Source: Trichosphaerium sp. ATCC 40318 (taxonomy: Eukaryota; Protista; Tubulinea). From it: a stretch of 47,466 nucleotides of DNA. The notes under the pieces were generated by a model. It saw only the letters and a program-made list of their open reading frames with translations, ran no database searches and was not told where the DNA came from. Positions within the stretch are counted from its first letter, which is position 1; every line of letters begins with the position of its first letter. Position numbers and translations under genes: made by a program. This document shows positions 41,705 through 47,466 of this stretch, piece by piece. The DNA lies in the NCBI GenBank assembly GCA_038496445.1, contig JALMLS010000136.1:1-47466 (forward strand), read 5' to 3'.

Positions 41705-44450
41705 CTAGACAAACAAATAATTTATAGCTTTTCATCCTTCATGTGTTTTAGTTTTCCAACAATATCACTTGCAGAAGGCCTCTTTAGAGGATCCCAAGAC
41801 CAACATCTAAGAAAAGAGTAAGAACGAAAATGATTAAATCAACAATTGTTGTTTTTTTTTGCTTTTGATTTAATGTTCAACATCACACTTTCGTGCCTTC
41901 GTATAACGCGTCGTAAGTTTTGCGGGCAGTCTTCGCCAAGCTGGTTATACTTTTCTATTTATTTTTCCACGTATACGTTGATACAGACACTAAAAGTAAT
42001 TGTTTAGTTCAGGTTTGAGGTAGTAAAATAAAAAAGGTTCATACGTTGGTCCAAGTTTCCCCAAGTTTTTTGGATCTCCAAATTTCCCATAGTATAACAC
42101 CTAAGCTCCAAACATCACATTTTTCAGTATAGCTCTTTGGTCCATCTGGATTCAAGCGCTCAGGAGCGGTCCATAAATTCCTTTAATTGAAGTTAGTTTA
42201 GCTACAACTCTAGGCTCGCTGAAACTAACCTTGGTAGAAATCCTTCGTCTTCACCTCTTACTTCCAGTGTATGTAAAGTAGGTACTCGTGTAAAATTAAT
42301 ACCAACATCGCTTAACTTCGCCGCATAGTCTTCTCCAACCTCTTTAAGTGTCAGAACATTTTTTCTAATCCATACAAGACATGATAAAAAACAGCAAAAA
42401 AAATCAACAATGTGTTGATGGAGTATATTGATTTGTGCTTACCAATACGTTTGGGCTTTTAACATTGCGATGGAAAATGCCATTTTGGTGTAAATATGAA
42501 AGACCTGTAGCAACTTGAAACGCTACACTATAGCCTTTTTTATCCCATTTAATAAATCCAGCGCCTATCACGTGCGTCAATAACAAAGTAAACACAAATT
42601 TATCGAACGAAAGTTTTAAGTATCGATACAAATTTTCTCGGCTTACGCTTCTTTATTAGCCAATCAAGACTACCCCATCGCATCATTTCTGTTATGACAA
42701 ACCATTTAGGTCCTCTTTGAGCGTATCCCCAAACTGTCAAGATATTTGGATGACGAAGAAGTGAAAAAACAGCAACATGGAAACCAAACTTAGCAGCTAT
42801 GGCCGAGTATGCTTTTGTATCATTTGCAGGTACTGTAATTTCCTTTATCGCAACTTCTAAGTCCTTCCATCTACCCATATATACTGTTGAGATATCTGTA
42901 CGACCAAGTAGAATCCTAAAGTTAACGTGTGAGTGTGAGAACTTATTTTAGTTCATTTTTTTGCATGCCTTCGTGATTTCTCTCCTTCTTTCTGTCGTTT
43001 TACAAAAGTAATATCCTTCATACTTATATTCAATATTTGAGATTGCGTTCTGAGTAAAACACGATCTAAAGAATCATCAGGAACAAAGACATTGCTAAAA
43101 AACGGGTTTTTTTTGTCCTTCAAACCTTCGTTTCCTCTGTCAATGGAGCGTCCTTTATCATTAGTCAGTAATATATATGTATTAGATTCAGGCTCTCCCG
43201 ATCTATAAAATCTCCCAGGGTGATGCAGTAAATCAATAATCTAAGGAAAAGAAATGTTATATGAACACCATTTCTTGGTATTACTGTATCGCTTACCATT
43301 ACCGATGTATCAAATGTAAGTGTATTCCATACGTAAGGTATCGTTCTAGTGTCTCCTTTTGGAAACCCTGAAGAGAAGATCATTAGGCTTGCCAAATTAA
43401 GGAACAGAAACGTCGTACTTGGTAAAGTTTACAAGGAACGTCAGGTACAATTCTAGTAACCAAGTATTGAAATATAAAGCTCTATGTCTGCAAAGTCCAA
43501 AGTCAAGCTCTCCAACAAAAACAGGAGCATCTCTAACATCTCTTTCTTGTAACTGAGATATATTCTGAGCACATAGCCTTTAACCCACGCAAAGAGAAGT
43601 AAGCAAAAAAGATCTATTCATGAAAAAGAGGCAAAAGTTTAATCATTCTCTTCTTACCTTCCAAGCCCACTAGGGTTACCCCCAAGGCGACCAGCTACTA
43701 ATTGGGCTAGTTTTCTTACTCTACGCCTACCATTTTCTCTTTGCATTGGTCTTAACACTGTGCTTGCCAAGTTATAAAAGTCGCCCAATCTCTTGTCAAT
43801 CGTTTTATCAACAATTATCGATTCTCGATCAGAAAATCCAGCGTATCTGAATCCATCTTCTATTGTATTACCTGTAACATTTGCACCTTGAACCTAAATA
43901 ACAATAACATGTTATTCTTACAAACAATAAAAAAAATATGAAAATCACGTGCTGCGTTAACTGTATAATGTCGATGTTTCTGAACTGACGCATTAATTCT
44001 TCTTCTCAATGATTTAGAACCCTTTGAACTTGATCTTCTTGTCAAACCTGCTCGTTTCATAGTACTCTGAGGAGCTAGTATAGGGTTTCAGTTACGGCTT
44101 ATCTTTCTTTTAATGTTAATGTGATATACCTCGTGATCGTTTGAATTCAAGAATTGCAACATCATTCAGACTAGAACGAAATTGTGTACCTCCGAATATT
44201 ACAATTTTTGAACCAATTACGCTAGCGGAGTGAAATAGTCTATGGTTTGGATATTCTCCATCAATTTTACATTTAATCCATCCTTCGCTTCCTTGTATTT
44301 CTTTTAAAATTGGTCCATTTCAAACAAAGAAATTGATTGGTTTTCTGCACGTACCAGCTTGAAAAAGATAAACATCGTTAAAAACCAAGTCAGTCGTTCC
44401 GCCACCAAAGGCTATGAGTACTTCATCGTCTACTGATGATACTGTAATTC
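41705..44450 (-). CDS. Kelch-repeat + TKL-type (pseudo)kinase, multi-exon, 5'-truncated at the inverted-repeat junction
   Basis: Kelch motifs LIAFGGG...NDVY, HRLFHSASVIGSKIVIFGG..LNDV. Kinase motifs GRWKDLEVAIKE, LRHPNIL, GLSYLH..HRNVKSPNVL, KLSDVG, WTAPE, YTEKCDVWSLGVILWEI, CWSWDPLKRP. Confidence 0.85.
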
Positions 44451-44475
44451 ATATCTATTATTATGCGGATAATTT

Positions 44476-46731
44476 AGCACGTGATTTTCATATTTTTTTT
44501 ATTGTTTGTAAGAATAACATGTTATTGTTATTTAGGTTCAAGGTGCAAATGTTACAGGTAATACAATAGAAGATGGATTCAGATACGCTGGATTTTCTGA
44601 TCGAGAATCGATAATTGTTGATAAAACGATTGACAAGAGATTGGGCGACTTTTATAACTTGGCAAGCACAGTGTTAAGACCAATGCAAAGAGAAAATGGT
44701 AGGCGTAGAGTAAGAAAACTAGCCCAATTAGTAGCTGGTCGCCTTGGGGGTAACCCTAGTGGGCTTGGAAGGTAAGAAGAGAATGATTAAACTTTTGCTT
44801 CTTTTTCATGAATAGATCTTTTTTGCTTACTTCTCTTTGCGTGGGTTAAAGGCTATGTGCTCAGAATATATCTCAGTTACAAGAAAGAGATGTTAGAGAT
44901 GCTCCTGTTTTTGTTGGAGAGCTTGACTTTGGACTTTGCAGACATAGAGCTTTATTATTTCAATACTTGGTTACTAGAATTGTACCTGACGTTCCTTGTA
45001 AACTTTACCAAGTACGACGTTTCTGTTCCTTAATTTGGCAAGCCTAATGATCTTCTCTTCAGGGTTTTCCAAAAGGAGACACTAGAACGATACCTTACGT
45101 ATGGAATACACTTACATTTGATACATCGGTAATGGTAAGCGATACAGTAATACCAAGAAATGGTGTTCATATAACATTTCTTTTCCTTAGATTATTGATT
45201 TACTGCATCACCCTGGGAGATTTTATAGATCGGGAGAGCCTGAATCTAATACATATATATTACTGACTAATGATAAAGGACGCTCCATTGACAGAGGAAA
45301 CGAAGGTTTGAAGGACAAAAAAAACCCGTTTTTTAGCAATGTCTTTGTTCCTGATGATTCTTTAGATCGTGTTTTACTCAGAACGCAATCTCAAATATTG
45401 AATATAAGTATGAAGGATATTACTTTTGTAAAACGACAGAAAGAAGGAGAGAAATCACGAAGGCATGCAAAAAAAATGAACTAAAATAAGTTCTCACACT
45501 CACACGTTAACTTTAGGATTCTACTTGGTCGTACAGATATCTCAACAGTATATATGGGTAGATGGAAGGACTTAGAAGTTGCGATAAAGGAAATTACAGT
45601 ACCTGCAAATGATACAAAAGCATACTCGGCCATAGCTGCTAAGTTTGGTTTCCATGTTGCTGTTTTTTCACTTCTTCGTCATCCAAATATCTTGACAGTT
45701 TGGGGATACGCTCAAAGAGGACCTAAATGGTTTGTCATAACAGAAATGATGCGATGGGGTAGTCTTGATTGGCTAATAAAGAAGCGTAAGCCGAGAAAAT
45801 TTGTATCGATACTTAAAACTTTCGTTCGATAAATTTGTGTTTACTTTGTTATTGACGCACGTGATAGGCGCTGGATTTATTAAATGGGATAAAAAAGGCT
45901 ATAGTGTAGCGTTTCAAGTTGCTACAGGTCTTTCATATTTACACCAAAATGGCATTTTCCATCGCAATGTTAAAAGCCCAAACGTATTGGTAAGCACAAA
46001 TCAATATACTCCATCAACACATTGTTGATTTTTTTTGCTGTTTTTTATCATGTCTTGTATGGATTAGAAAAAATGTTCTGACACTTAAAGAGGTTGGAGA
46101 AGACTATGCGGCGAAGTTAAGCGATGTTGGTATTAATTTTACACGAGTACCTACTTTACATACACTGGAAGTAAGAGGTGAAGACGAAGGATTTCTACCA
46201 AGGTTAGTTTCAGCGAGCCTAGAGTTGTAGCTAAACTAACTTCAATTAAAGGAATTTATGGACCGCTCCTGAGCGCTTGAATCCAGATGGACCAAAGAGC
46301 TATACTGAAAAATGTGATGTTTGGAGCTTAGGTGTTATACTATGGGAAATTTGGAGATCCAAAAAACCTTGGGGAAACTTGGACCAACGTATGAACTTTT
46401 TTATTTTACTACCTCAAACCTGAACTAAACAATTACTTTTTAGTGTCTGTATCAACGTATACGTGGAAAAATAAAATAGAAAAGTATAACCAGCTTGGCG
46501 AAGACTGCCCGCAAAACTTACGACGCGTTATACGAAGGCACGAAAGTGTGATGTTGAACATTAAATCAAAAGCAAAAAAAAAACAACAATTGTTGATTTA
46601 ATCATTTTCGTTCTTACTCTTTTCTTAGATGTTGGTCTTGGGATCCTCTAAAGAGGCCTTCTGCAAGTGATATTGTTGGAAAACTAAAACACATGAAGGA
46701 TGAAAAGCTAATAAATTATTTGTTTGTCTAG
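44476..46731 (+). CDS. Mirror copy of the kinase gene (lacks the Kelch exons)
   Basis: Reverse complement of 41705-43953; ORFs 45554-45832 and 45801-46028 are identical to the minus-strand ones. Confidence 0.6.
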
Positions 46732-47010
46732 AAGTAAAATAAAAAAAAATAAAACCAGAAATATTTGAGAAAACGAAAGTTCATGTACAGGTCCTATTTG
46801 TGTCATTGTCTTTGCTGCTTCATTTCAACCTCTCTGGACCTACCAAAATCGATGAAGGGAAAGTAACGTAAGAAGGAAAGAACAAGTCATAAAGATATCT
46901 TGTAAACACAAGCAAGTGCAAAATAACACCACCTGGAGCATCTTTATTTGGTATTTTTGAAGTGCATTCATAGAATTTATTTTACATAAGCACGGAGCTT
47001 CCCAGATGCT

Positions 47011-47466
47011 CTACAATCTCTGGAACTCAACAAAAAGGCCGAAATGATCTGATGGGAATAGTTTAGGAGCAATAGGTTGATTGCAAATTATCTTAATATC
47101 ACGTGGTGCAAGAACATGCTCAATATTTCTTTCCATAAGAAGAACTCTATCCAATCTAAAGTGCCTAAGCTCCCAAGGCCTTAGAGTCGTTATAAAGTTG
47201 TTTGAAGTCGGATTATAAGTGTATCCAATATCATTAGGTCTCAATACTTTCCACATATCATGGAACATGTCTTTGAAGTACATCTCTTCAAATTCCTTTT
47301 GAAAATTCAAGTCACCAAGTAGGAGTATTTCATGAGATGTTCCTTGGTCCTGATAACGATTTAGGCACTCTTTATAGATCTCTTCAATCTCTACTTTTCT
47401 TTTAACACATCCCTTCGCTTTTGAAGACAGTGAGCGCATACAATGCTGACCATTGTATTATTGTCA
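47011..47466 (-). CDS. Mirror copy of the EEP/TDP2-like gene (partial; 1-nt deletion near 47430)
   Basis: C-terminal 138 aa identical to 40605-41426. Confidence 0.6.

Larger units (their letters stand above)
40970..47466. repeat. Long inverted repeat: arms 40970-43953 and 44476-47466 (continues off-window), 522-bp spacer
   Basis: Identical kinase and EEP ORFs on opposite strands. The arms differ by only a handful of single-base indels or substitutions. Confidence 0.95.

Overview
AT-rich eukaryotic (protist-like) genomic DNA with dense, short spliceosomal introns (mostly ~36-100 nt). From 1 to ~12.7 kb there is a run of co-oriented minus-strand genes: DIS3/RRP44 (3' end off-window), a BTB/KCTD protein, COP9 subunit 7, a small type-I membrane protein, an S10 serine carboxypeptidase and a secreted protein resembling an uncharacterised bacterial family. 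From ~12.7 to 40.5 kb lies an accessory region with three F-box/short-LRR genes and a segmental duplication (~17.0-27.9 kb vs ~30.1-36.8 kb). Each copy of the duplication carries an ankyrin-repeat + PARP-like (H-Y-E ADP-ribosyltransferase) + coiled-coil gene in which every ankyrin repeat sits on its own 99-nt phase-1 exon. The repeats vary most at the residues expected to form the binding surface. Copy 1 is disrupted by an intact 4.3-kb L1/Tx1-type LINE (15-bp TSD, poly(A)) and by frameshifts; copy 2 looks intact. There is also a TA-flanked TIR element (MITE), a TDP2-like EEP gene and a Kelch-TKL pseudokinase. The last ~6.5 kb is a >=3-kb inverted repeat that is probably a fold-back/assembly artefact. 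The best candidate for a new system is the exon-modular, DARPin-like ankyrin-PARP gene family, possibly together with the neighbouring hypervariable F-box-LRRs, as a diversifying recognition/effector locus. Exon boundaries and counts were read by eye, and all homology calls rest on motif recognition, not database searches.
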